From Conidiobolus incongruus B7586 (Eukaryota): 20,000 nt of DNA. The DNA lies in NCBI GenBank assembly GCA_000697335.1, contig JNEM01010494.1, forward strand, positions 107,485 to 127,484, in the 5' to 3' direction. Shown here in pieces: positions 8,952-20,000 of the stretch (positions are counted from its first letter, which is position 1; every line of letters starts with the position of its first letter). Below the pieces are notes generated by a model. That model was not told the DNA's origin. It was given only the letters and a program-made list of their open reading frames with translations, and did not search any database. Position numbers and translations under genes: made by a program.

Positions 8952-11259
8952 ATGGATCAATTTATTCATCAATTAAATAAAATTAACGAATTAAAGGATT
9001 ATAAACTATTTTATCAATCATTAATCAATTTGCTTCAAAATAATATTAACCAAAATAACAATGAATCAGAAGTAATAGATACTATTATTATATTTTATTA
9101 TAAGTATATAAATATATAAATAATATAAATTGTTATTATTTAGGTATGGATTGATCAATTCCAGTGGGAATTACTTCCTGAATTAATAAAACTACCTCAT
9201 TTGGAACTGAATTTCAATAACGAGCATCAACTTATTTATGACCCAATCGATGAAAGAGTCCAATTATTAAATATCTGCTTTGAACATATCAGTTCAATGG
9301 AATTATTATTATTATTAAACCAATCTTTGAAAAACTTTGACTTGAACGATTATGACGATTTCTTGGGAATTTTTCAATGGTTGGATCTATTCCATTGGAT
9401 TAATCAAGGTATTTTATAAGATAAATGTCTTATAGCTATATTAATTGAATGCGTTAGTATTATCAAAATTAAGACATAAACAGCTATTGTCCAACGCTTT
9501 GGATATATTAGATCAAATGACACTCACTTTTAACCAATTTGAAAACCTTCTAAATCAATTTGATCACAAGGAAACTCTCTTGATACCAAGTATATCGGAT
9601 GATGTCATCAATTTTAAAAGCTATATTGCTCGACGAACCAAATCCAATCTCACTAATTTGATTCAAATAATTAATGAAAAAATAGACTTAGTAAGAATGA
9701 TTTTTGTCAAATATTAAGTTATGCTAATATACATACGTTACATTTGTAGAACAGTCTAGAAATAGAATCACAAGCATCTAAAGAATCAGAAATTATCATT
9801 AAATTAATGATATTTTACTCTGAATTTATCTCTTATGAGTATGGCTCAAAATCCTTGGAATTTTCATCAATATTTTTTACTCAACTGGTTACTGATCACT
9901 ATAAACTAATTGAATCCAATTCTATTCAAAATGACATTATTCCTATTTTTAATCAGATTATTGAAACAATGGTAATATGCATTATTTTATTATATTCTTA
10001 TTCATTAATCTTGATGAAATATTAGGAACCAATGTTATCATTTCAACATATGATTGCACAGTATACAACTAAACCTAAGTCCAATATACAAAATGACGAT
10101 TCAAGTATGATTATTAATACAAATATTATTATTCTTATAACATTATATTAATTTCAATTAATTTAGAATGTAGTGCTTCATTATATTTTATAATTGGGTT
10201 AATGTGTTCTATTAGTTTAATTGCTAATATTTTGGATGGCCATAACTGTCTAAAATCTATTCATAATTGGACTATATTGAATCATTTAAATTTTAATGAT
10301 CACTTTTATATATCAAATCGATTACTTCAAAGGTAAAATTATCAGACAAATATTTCAAATTATATCAATTAATAACGAATAACAGTGAAAACACACATTT
10401 TAACATGGGATTCGTTGACGTGTTAACCATATTAAGATTTAATTATTTACTATGCAATCGTACATCAGCTCAACTAAGTTTAATTGACAATATGATGGAT
10501 TTTATAGTAAAAATATTTTTTATTAGATATTTATATATATTCATTAATTAATTTTATATAGAATCTACTAAATTTATATGGCAATGTTAAAGAAAGGAAG
10601 TTAGATCTGATTATTTTTAAAGCTTCTGTTATTGAATATCAACTATTTGATAAAAATGATCAGTTATCCATATTACAATTCAGTTTAAACAATTGTAATC
10701 ATTTGAATTTAACTCAAGTGAAAAATGGAATCATTTCAATTTTAAAGCAAGAGGTAACTCATGCATATATGTTATTGACTATTTCTCATAATTAATGATT
10801 TTAGGATTCAATAAGCTTTAATTTAGATTGGTTAAATTTATCTCAATATCTATTATTACCGATTTCTAAATTAACCTATGAACAAATTCATATTGAAATT
10901 AATTATATATCTTTATTGATTAATTTTTATATTTATCAATTTCAGAAATATAAGTATAACAATGAACTGAATGTAGGTCCTAAAAATATTCATTTAAAAT
11001 ATATTATTAATTTAGTTTTAGTCAACTATTCTATCTAAAGAGCATACTCGACTGATTCAAACTAAATTTATCGATGAAACAATTAAATTAATCAAATTTA
11101 TTGAATCTCAGGATCTAAATGATATTAACATGGTACTAAATGATTATATATATATATATATATATACGTTCATTAACTGATTTATGATTTCAGCAACTAA
11201 TTTTAGACAACTTGAAATTTGGTCTGGAAAGATTAAATGAAGTGATAATAAATTCTTAA
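8952..11259 (+). CDS. About 580-aa alpha-helical protein, probably YAP-binding (Ybp1/2)/ALF4/glomulin family; 11 exons
   Basis: Exons 8952-9071, 9144-9408, 9458-9690, 9750-9971, 10026-10104, 10167-10332, 10386-10506, 10562-10753, 10805-10972, 11022-11132 and 11194-11259 splice through GT-AG introns into one open 1743-nt frame. This model absorbs ORF-track fragments 9201, 9445 and 9807. The family guess rests on size and weak motifs: FQWELLPEL, SMELLLLLNQSL, C..VKNGIISILKQE, INFYIY and C-terminal LKFGLERLNEVI. Confidence in the gene is about 0.9; in the family about 0.5. Confidence 0.7.
11145..11166. repeat. (TA)11 microsatellite within the last intron of the glomulin-like gene
   Basis: Perfect TA dinucleotide run read directly from the sequence. 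Confidence 0.95.
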
Positions 11260-11366
11260 AATATTCCCATAATCATTATTCGTTGAATCCAAGTTATAAA
11301 CTTTTATTCAATCCCTTTATTTATTGATTTATTTCATTTTATTATTTAAGCATACCTATTTCTAAT

Positions 11367-11946
11367 ATGAGTGAATTGGAAAATAAACCTGAAGTAATAG
11401 AATCTCAAAGTACTCAACAAGTTAACAAGAAAAATAAGAAAAAAGGAAAGCAATTCGCTGATATGGTAATTTTTACAAATATAATGATAATACTTATTTG
11501 ATTTAATATCCGTTTTAAGGATAAAATGTTAGAAATTGCTGGAATAATAAATAATACTCAAGAAGCAATAATTAAAAGAAAATTAGAAAAACAGGTTCAA
11601 ATACATTTATATATTTGAAATATTCAATTATATATTAATTTTTTAATAGGCTAAAAGGGACGCTATAATAAATGAAAAAGAAAAAATGAAAGAGAATAAA
11701 AAATTACAAAAGCAACAGAAATTGGTATATTTTGCTATTAGTTTTTATATCACTATTTTATTCATTTTTATATTACCTTCTAGGAACAAATTAAAGAAAA
11801 ATTAAAATTAAAAGGAAAGAAGAAAAAAGCAATTCAACCCGAAACAAAAACTAATGACTCTAAGGTAATACTACTATCAAACATTTTGTTTTTATTATTT
11901 ATTAATATTGTTTTTATAGCCTAAAAAACAAGTTAAATTTGCTTAG
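11367..11946 (+). CDS. LOC1: Loc1-like 60S ribosomal subunit assembly/export protein, 118 aa, 5 exons
   Basis: Exons 11367-11465, 11520-11594, 11650-11724, 11784-11864 and 11920-11946 (all introns GT-AG, phase 0) give MSELENKPEVIESQSTQQVNKKNKKKGKQFADMDKMLEIAGIINNTQEAIIKRKLEKQAKRDAIINEKEKMKENKKLQKQQKLEQIKEKLKLKGKKKKAIQPETKTNDSKPKKQVKFA. The KKGKxF-D motif, KLEK, a lysine-rich coiled coil and terminal KKxVxFA resemble Loc1. Confidence 0.75.
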
Positions 11947-12314
11947 CGTGATATATTATGTTCATAAAAAATAGATTATAAATATCTTTGTACTTTAATT
12001 TTATTAATTTTTGAGTGTATTTTTTGAATTAACTATTTATTCGGTTGTATTTAATTTGATAAGTGTATATTTTTTATGTCATAACCCAAGTCCTGTAAAA
12101 AATTCATTTTCTAAATATATTAGTGTTTATATATTTTATTCAATCCATTCAATATTGCTCAATCATTTCAAATTAATAAATATGTGGGAATAAGTGAAAG
12201 TATCCAATCATAAAATTTTAAACCCATAATTTGAAACCTTGACATTAATATTTCATGAGGATTTTAATAAAAATTCTCTTTTGTTACAAAGGAATTGAAT
12301 CAAACAATATCAAA

Positions 12315-12800
12315 ATGGATACTGAAAAATTAGCCAGACTTCAAGCTCAAGTTAGAATGGGTGGTAAGGGTACTCCCCGTCGTAAGGTCTTCAAGAAGCC
12401 TAAGGCCTCTTCCGGTATCGATAAAAAGTTGGAAGGATTTTTAAAGAGCATTGATGCCGTTCCTTTGTCCGGTATCCAAGAAGTTACCATGTTCCAATCC
12501 GGTGGTAAAGTTTTAAACATTGAAACCCCCAAAGTTTATGGAAATCCCGCTCAACAAGCTTACGCCGTTCACGGTGAAGCCGTCGAAAAGGAACTTACCG
12601 ATCTTGTCCCCAGCATCCTCAATCAACTCGGTCCCGATTCCCTTGCTAGTCTCAGAAGATTAGCTGAAGCTTACCAATCTTCTCAAGGTGCCGCCGAAGG
12701 TGACAATGACGAAATCCCCGAATTAACTGAAGCTTTAGATGATGCTGCCATTACTGATGCTCCTGCTGCTGAAGCTGAAGCTAAACCTGAATCCGCTTAA
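12315..12800 (+). CDS. EGD1: Nascent polypeptide-associated complex beta subunit (BTF3), 161 aa, single exon
   Basis: It has MDTEKLARLQAQVRMGGKGTPRRK, a NAC domain (GIQEVTMF...TPKV) and KELTDLVPSILNQLGPDSLASLRRLAE. Codon usage is C-ending-rich, typical of high expression. The true start is probably the ATG at 12315 (CAAAATG context), not 12255. Confidence 0.95.
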   Translation: MDTEKLARLQAQVRMGGKGTPRRKVFKKPKASSGIDKKLEGFLKSIDAVPLSGIQEVTMFQSGGKVLNIETPKVYGNPAQQAYAVHGEAVEKELTDLVPSILNQLGPDSLASLRRLAEAYQSSQGAAEGDNDEIPELTEALDDAAITDAPAAEAEAKPESA

Positions 12801-14255
12801 ATTTGATTCATTAATATTCCATATTTTTGTAGGTAAATATGCCATACTTCATAAATTGGTTACTTGTGTCCGTAGTCTCGGAAATAAAGTCAACTTGTGG
12901 CCTGTACTTTTATACTATGGTAACTAAACTATCTATCATACCAAACTATTTTATACGAGATCGACCCCACACTAGCATTATCAACTAACTTTATAAACCT
13001 ATCAAATTATTTATTATATTACAGTATATAGCTTACCTTTATATTTATCAAATTTAAACTCGAATTATTTCAGTTGCCCACTCTAACTATCATATATTTA
13101 TGAACACTTGTCGGTTTAAATGTTACACTTTTCAAATTTCATTAATTGTAAACTGTTTAACCAGAACTAAAATGTAATCAAGTTATTCCTCTAACTCAAT
13201 TATCTATTTCTAAGTTGTTTTAATCTTACTTTGCTAAATATTGTGATTAAGTAATTAAGGTTATTTTATTCAAAGAACTTATCATACACTTATTATTTTA
13301 TCGGATATTTATTATTTTTGTTAATAATGTCAGAATAATTGATGTATAACTCAAAAATATCGTTTCTAATTCTATATTTCTGAATATTATTTTGTATTCA
13401 AGTTTTCTCAATAAAATATGTACTGAGTCCCAATGCATATTTTATATAATATATTTTAATGACTTCAGAAATTGATACATTTAACTATAACAATGATTTT
13501 AATCACGCTGTTTTAATATAATCATATATTTAATATATCTTTCAACCAAAAACCCTTTATCGATTATAAACAACTAATCTGAATCCTGACCTAATTATTG
13601 TTATGTCTAAAAGAATTTGACTGGAATTATTAATAGATGCAGTGTATTTGTTATTGTAAAATATTATTATTAAACAGGAAATGAATATATAATTATACCA
13701 TAAACTGAGTAGTAAATTAAAGCTTATTATTTGAGGTTAACAATTTTTATTGAGATAATCTTAGCACATTTTATATGATATATTAATACAATCAAGGTTA
13801 TAAAAATAATTTGTATATTTTCCTACAAAAATTGTATTAATATATAAAGACAAACTAACCACTTATCAAATTTCTATGATCAAAATTATGAATTACACAG
13901 CTTGAGAATATCATTGATTAAAATTTAGAATCAAACATTTGTGCTATATGTTAATATATTGATTAAATATTTACAGCAAATTATTTCTGATTGAGATATA
14001 TATAATAAAATAACGACAATTTTAATAATTATTATTCATAGGAAAAAAAATGACAAAATAAATTTAATAATTTACTCAAATTCTGTTGGTTTCATAATTG
14101 AAATAAAATAAATAGAAATAAAAATTAAGTCTCAAGAGTTTATAAATCGTAAATAGTATCAATCCAATAAAAAGGATTTCTAAACAATATTACGTTATTT
14201 TAAATATTGCCTTACATAAGCGGAACACAAATATAATGTTGATGCGAATGGTCAA

Positions 14256-15675
14256 TTATTTGGTTTTTAATTCTTCAGGTAATCTAGCTAACAATCTTTC
14301 AGCCCATTTGACAACAGGAAGATCAATTCTAAAATAAATGAATAGATAAATACTTCAAACTTGGATGAAAATGTAAAACTCAATTACACTTTGCCATCTA
14401 GACTGAAAGCGCCAATTCCAGATTGAGAATGTTTAATATAACCTTAAAAACGATTAGATGGTACCTAGATGTTAAGTATATAATGATCATTACCTTCTAC
14501 AATGCGAGTAGCTCTCTTGATTTCTATAATTCAATAGATAAATTAAAATGTAGCTGTTAATGCGTTGGCGCCTGTCATTTACCTTCTTCAGATGGTGAAA
14601 AAAATTTTTGGATAATGTCAACTTGCTTGGGATGAATGGCTTGCTATTGAAATGATAATGGTTATTGCAGTGAACATGTACATATTTTAATCAATAAATA
14701 TACTTTTCCAGTAAAACCCATTTGAAATCCTTCTGTACATTCTTCTTCTAAAATAGTATCATTTTGATAATCCAAACAAACCTAAGCAATGATTAAACTA
14801 ACTCAATCACAGTATTTGAGGAATGATATTACTAAATCAATTGCTTGAATTCCGAAAGCTTTAGCAGCTGTGACAACTGCAGAACGAGCATAGAGTAATT
14901 CCTTCCTTGATGGAGTTCTGACCAACCCTAATATCATTATAAGAATAAAAGATAAATTGTGAATAAATATGAATCAAATATACCCAAATCGGCACAAAAA
15001 TCTTCAGCAGCAAACTAAAAAAGTGTTAATGTGATAAGAACACCAAAATAAGAAACACTTACAATAAGAGCATCGAGTCTAGGATCGCTTAGAGCGATTT
15101 CTTTTAGATTTAAAATAGCTTGGGCAGATTCAATGGATGCAATAATTTTGATTTTTTCTTTTACTTTTTCGGGAGAGATTTGGTTAATCATATCACTAAC
15201 GAATTTAACCTCTCTAGCTGAGTGGACTTTAGGAATCACTACAGCCTGCAAAGTATCAGACCTCAATACTACTTCAAGATCATCCAATTGTAAACCAGAT
15301 TCTAAAGAGTTAACCCTTACAGCTTTTTCTTGAGTAAAGTTAAGAGGATTAGCAAGTGCTTCAAATACCATTTTCCTTGCAGTTCCTTTTCTATTAAAAG
15401 CTACACTATCTTCTAAGTCATAAACTAAGCAATCTGCCTTAAGCTTAAAAGAAGAATTAATTTTTCTTTCATCACTTCCAGGAACTAAACAAATTTTAAT
15501 TACGTAATTAATTTTATAAATATATAAACTCTGAATTACCATAAAAAAGAGCTCTCCTAGATCTGGTGTTGATAGATTTAACACTATGAGTAAGTTCACT
15601 CACATTTGATGCAGAAGAGTATTGTCTAATAAATTTTACTGTATGAATAGGTTTTAATAACTTAGAATATAACAT
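14256..15675 (-). CDS. Citrate lyase beta-subunit-like protein (CitE/CLYBL, citramalyl-CoA lyase-like, HpcH/HpaI aldolase family), 326 aa, 9 exons, likely mitochondrial
   Basis: Exons 15675-15540, 15484-15063, 15014-14984, 14927-14833, 14781-14704, 14643-14583, 14523-14494, 14442-14388 and 14328-14256 give a 981-nt open frame. Motifs: RRALFYVPGS, YDLEDSV, AVRVN, VVIPKV, ASIESA, LIFAAEDFCADLG, QAIDLVCLDY, MGFTGKQAIHPKQV, DGKVIDLPVVKWA. The N-terminus MLYSKLLKPIHTVKFIRQYSS looks like a presequence. Confidence 0.92.
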
Positions 15676-17766
15676 TATTGATATCAATAATCTAAAAATG
15701 TATAACGATATTTTAAATTGTTGAATAGAATGAGAAGGTTAATGAGTCTCTGTATAATGAAATAATTTGAATTTTGTTTGATAATTATGACGTGTGACTG
15801 ATTATAAATTATTTAATTTTGGAATTGGAATGATCCTAATTTTTTATAATATGATGGATTATATATGAGACAAACATATTTATTATCATTTTTTACAAAG
15901 TTTATACATGTTTTATTTTAAATATTGCTTATTCATAAACATTTTTTAAAATTAGGAAAAATCCAATTTTAGATATATTTCCGTTGAAATTACTAACAAA
16001 ATATGTTTTGATATTTTTATTAAATAACTATCTTAGTTACAAATTTAATGTAATTATCTTTTACTAATATCAAAATATTATCCTTGTGATTAATTTCAAT
16101 ATATTTTATTTTATATAATTAGCTTTAACATTTAAGTATTATATTTTATGAGGAATTCATTGATTTTAATAATATATAAATATTAGTTAAGCCCAACTAT
16201 TAAAGAGTTTGCATATTATTCAATAATATCTTGTCGCGTTACATTTATTGCTTCTTTATTGTTATAATAATGCAATAATCATTTCTGGGATCATATTATA
16301 TTATATTTAATTCAAGATCTTTACTCTTAGACAGATAATTGTCTTAATCATATTCAAATTGACCTTATATATCACTCCAAATAAAACAACACTAGCAGTT
16401 GCTATTATAAAGATATAACGCTTATTGTCTAGATAATGCAAGTGGAAGATTAATTTTTGAAAAGATAAATTATTTACTAGTAAAATTCTGTGTTGTATAT
16501 GAAAATTTGATGATCATGTTTTTATATTTGTATTCAATCAAGAAGTATTCATTAAAATTAATGTTCTTTGATATGGTGATTTGAATAATCTTTGATTATA
16601 TGAATGACACAAAATTTATGAGTAATAGTAGTTTTGAATGTATTAAAATGTCTGAAAAATAGAATATATTATATAATACCAGTATTTTCCAATAAAATCA
16701 ATGATATGAAAACTAATGAAGCATGTATGATTTGATTGTGGAAAAATATTGGTTGATTATATCAAAAGGATATTTCTCTGTAGATTAAACCATTGAAATA
16801 TCTGTTGTTTAAGCAATTTACTAATTTTATGTTCACTTAATATACTTTATAATACCATGTATAATTTTCAATTAGGCAGGGTGTAATGAATTGGATTTAA
16901 CTGAGCTGCCTGATATCCTTTGATTAGTAAAATAATTGAAATTTCAAAAGCTCTCATCTATTTTTAATTATTTTATATTTACACAATATTCAAAGTTGTG
17001 GAGTAATTTTTTGACCAACTAACTTAGAGCCATATTAGTAAATTTAATTTAGTGTCATCTCCAACAAATCTGTAAACAAGAGTTGAATAACTTAAATTTT
17101 ATCCAATATATTGATAGTAGATTTTTATTATAATGAGTATAACCTAATAAAGGTTTATATAATACCCAATATTGAAGATCAGTGAAATTTTAATCAACCT
17201 TTAAGGTTATAAATATCAGAAAGTTGAAATTTATTAACAAAATTGAATTTGATTCGTATGAGAATTCCTGAAGCTTATTCTACACTTTCTGAACAGATTG
17301 TACATGGCTACGGAAAATTGATCAAACTAAAATAAAATTTAAAGTGAAAAATCAACTCTGATTCTTTAGTGAAAATACTTTAATTAATATGTATTAAGCT
17401 TGTTTAATAATTCTAGTAATCAAGAAATAGAAACCGTATTCGAATATAAATAAGTCAAGTTAAAAAACAAATATAGTTAAATTCGGATATACTTTGTATT
17501 CGATAAATATTTTGATTGATAAAGTTCTTTGATAAATTTAATAAATTCTGTTATTCAAATTAAGATTTAAATAATGATTATGAATGAAGGCTAATGTTGA
17601 TTTGCTAGTTAGTTTGCTATTTTATGTAATTTTAATTAAATGTAAATTTGGTAATAAATGTTGAATGTTTAATTATTTTGAGATTCACTTTGTTAATATT
17701 ATTGATTGAGATTAAATTTTTAATAATATTCAATTTACTAATCAAAGGATATATAATAATATTACA

Positions 17767-19314
17767 ATGCTATCAGACAACTCTACATCTGTTCATAATG
17801 ATTTGATTCCTCCTATAATTCGAAGGCAGTCACTTGAAGATATACATGAAAATTATATTCAAAGTACCAATTTATCACCAGAATCTCGGAAAAATGATTC
17901 AGATAAAGCTGCCTCAGAAGATTCTATCAAGGAAACTTTAGTTGCAATGAACCAAATTTTAGGTATATATTACACTCAATGGTAATTTTCTTTTATTAAA
18001 TTAGTAATATAGAATTATTAAATACAACTTCTAATTCTGCTCTAAATAATCCTGGTCAATTGGATGCTGATGATCAAAATCCTGACGAATCTATTTCGTC
18101 AATAAATTTAAACGAAGATTTTCATTCTTTAAACCAGACTGTCAAAAGTAAATCATAAATTAATTTGTTTATATTATCTATTAATGATTTTTTCAGTATT
18201 AGAATATCGCACCAAAATAAAACAGTATATATCAGAGCTTAATCAAGTATTGATCAACAAATCTGAAATATCAACAGCTCAAATTAAAAAATACTATAAG
18301 TTTTTAAAAGAAACTCTAAGAGGTATTAATTAACGTATTTTTTTTTAATTTGAATTAATCCTAAATTAACTAGTTATTGCTCAATGTGATAATTCTCCTG
18401 CTCTTGGAGATTCTCTAGTTCTCTCTCCTAATAGTCAAAATACCCTTTCAAGCTCCTCTTCATTACATAATTTCAATCCTTACACCAAAACTTCCCCTTT
18501 GGGAGTGGGCATAAAAGGATTTAGTAGCTATGACCATGGGCATATTGATAGTGATTCCGAATATGACCCAGATCATGAGCTTTCGCCACAAAACTATCGT
18601 CCTTCACTCAACTCTTTACGACTCAACTCAATTGAATCGATCAGAACAACTACAAGGTTTAAACCAACTAACCCAACCGAATCGAAGCTACCTTCTAGCT
18701 CAGAACATCATAACAATTCTCCATTGGCTCAATCAGAATTACTAGGGATCAAAAAGCCTCAGCTCTACTCTCAGATGGACAGCTCCTCAACACCCGACCT
18801 TCGACTCACTCCAGATTCCAGAAGTTTATCGGAACCACTAGAGAGTGCTTTGGATAAACTACAGCTCTCACCCAGTTTACCTCAAAATACTCCAGATTTG
18901 GCTGAAACATTCACTCAAGGATTATTTGCTTCCGACGTGGTTATTAGTAATCCATACAGAGTGGGAACAGGAATACGATCTTATACACTCTATACAATTA
19001 CAGCCAAACTAGTAAAAGGTGGTAAGCTCCAGGTACGTAAGAGGTACTCGGAATTTGTCAGACTCAGAGAGATACTTTGTCGTCTCTACCCCAATTTGAA
19101 AAAGAATATCCCTCGGCTTCCTCAAAAGAAGATAGTTGGTAAATATCTTTATCTCCTTTTTCACTCATTTTATTAACTATTAATAGGAAAATTCCAGGCT
19201 GAATTTGTGGAAAACAGAAGACAAGGACTAGAATTTTTCTTAATTTATGTCACATTACATCCTATTATTGGTGCAAACCCAATTCTAGAGAGATGGTATA
19301 CTTTTAAACAGTGA
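17767..19314 (+). CDS. PX-domain protein, Ypt35-like (C-terminal PX, long Ser/Pro-rich N-terminus), 449 aa, 5 exons
   Basis: Exons 17767-17962, 18013-18147, 18197-18322, 18374-19138 and 19187-19314 give a 1350-nt open frame. The PX domain reads YTLYTITAK...VRKRYSEFVRLREIL...IPRLPQKKIVGKFQAEFVENRRQGLEFFLIYVTLHPIIG and ends the protein, with no BAR domain after it. Confidence 0.85.
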
Positions 19315-19682
19315 GCCTGTCTTTGTCCATCTCAGCTTCGTTATTTACAATCCAATTTAATTATAAAACTAAGCTAATCAGGTCATAAGCTATTTTTTAT
19401 GACCCCGATCGCCCCATTCTTGAAACAATTATGTGTATACAGCAAACTAAAAATAATATAATAATATAATCATATATTTAATAGCCGCCTACGAAATTTC
19501 ACTTCCATTATCTCGTCCTTTCAGAAATATTTATTTATTTATTAATATAGTTGTACTACTATTATTACATATTTGATTTTATACTTATGAATTTTATTTT
19601 AAATTGACCTGAGTTTTATTCAGTGATATACACATATACTTAAAATACATATTTAAAATTCAATAAATTGTCTTTTGGATAA

Positions 19683-19688
<6 letters not shown>

Positions 19689-19720
<32 letters not shown>
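19689..19720. repeat. (TA)16 microsatellite
   Basis: Perfect TA dinucleotide run in the AT-rich intergenic tail. Confidence 0.95.
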
Positions 19721-19723
<3 letters not shown>

Positions 19724-20000
19724 CAATTATCAAAAAATTATAATTTTTTCTATTCTACTAAATATTATTTCAAAATTAAAGTTATGAGGAATTTTTTTTT
19801 AATTACTGACTTTTCAAATATATTTTAGTATCAAAAAAATTATCTTTTAATAATTTAATATTCAAATTAATTATTTAAACCAGATAATATTATCAAAAAT
19901 TTTGTGTTTTAGGATTATTAAAACATAACTATAGATCTTTTAAAATTATTTAAACTTTTATAAACAAGTTATAAAAAAATATTTTATTTAAATTTAATAT

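Noticed and set aside
12011..12314. ORF 12011-12193 and the 20-aa upstream extension of EGD1 from the ATG at 12255
   Set aside because: The first is a low-complexity intergenic ORF with a non-ATG start. NAC-beta homology and codon bias begin at the ATG at 12315.
12347..12927. ORFs 12347-12532 (-) and 12739-12927 (+)
   Set aside because: They are antisense or out-of-frame overlaps of EGD1 with no independent support.
15015..15599. ORF-track boundaries for the CitE-like gene, and ORF 15133-15333 (+)
   Set aside because: The track ORF runs through introns on both sides of exon 2, and the plus ORF is antisense.
17258..17335. 25-codon sORF MRIPEAYSTLSEQIVHGYGKLIKLK upstream of the PX gene
   Set aside because: It is short, has no recognisable homology, and I found no splice link to the downstream gene.
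18530..18745. 71-aa alternative-frame ORF
   Set aside because: It is an out-of-frame overlap within exon 4 of the PX gene.
1..20000. Transposon, CRISPR array, tRNA/rRNA gene or biosynthetic gene cluster
   Set aside because: I saw no terminal repeats, transposase or RT motifs, spaced direct repeats or cloverleaf signatures by eye, and the genes are functionally unrelated housekeeping loci.

Overview
This is very AT-rich eukaryotic DNA with short (about 45-100 nt) GT-AG introns. The gene content is fungal, and an early-diverging lineage is my inference. Hand-splicing both strands gives six apparently intact genes and one decayed gene. The intact genes are: (1) an intronless, mitochondrially targeted arginine-specific carbamoyl-phosphate synthase large subunit (CPA2, minus) with a consensus Gcn4/AP-1 site and a probable 5'-UTR intron upstream; (2) an 11-exon, about 580-aa helical protein resembling the YAP-binding/ALF4/glomulin family; (3) a 5-exon Loc1-like 60S biogenesis factor that the ORF track misses; (4) an intronless NAC beta subunit (EGD1/BTF3); (5) a 9-exon CitE/CLYBL-like lyase (minus); (6) a 5-exon Ypt35-like PX-domain protein. 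The decayed gene is an 11-exon NAD(P)HX dehydratase (NAXD/NNR2) pseudogene (minus) with frameshifts, premature stops and broken splice sites, and it is the most unusual object here. I found no mobile elements, CRISPR arrays, tRNA or rRNA genes, and no convincing novel multi-gene system. The remaining findings are modest or speculative. All family calls come from motif recognition, not database searches.
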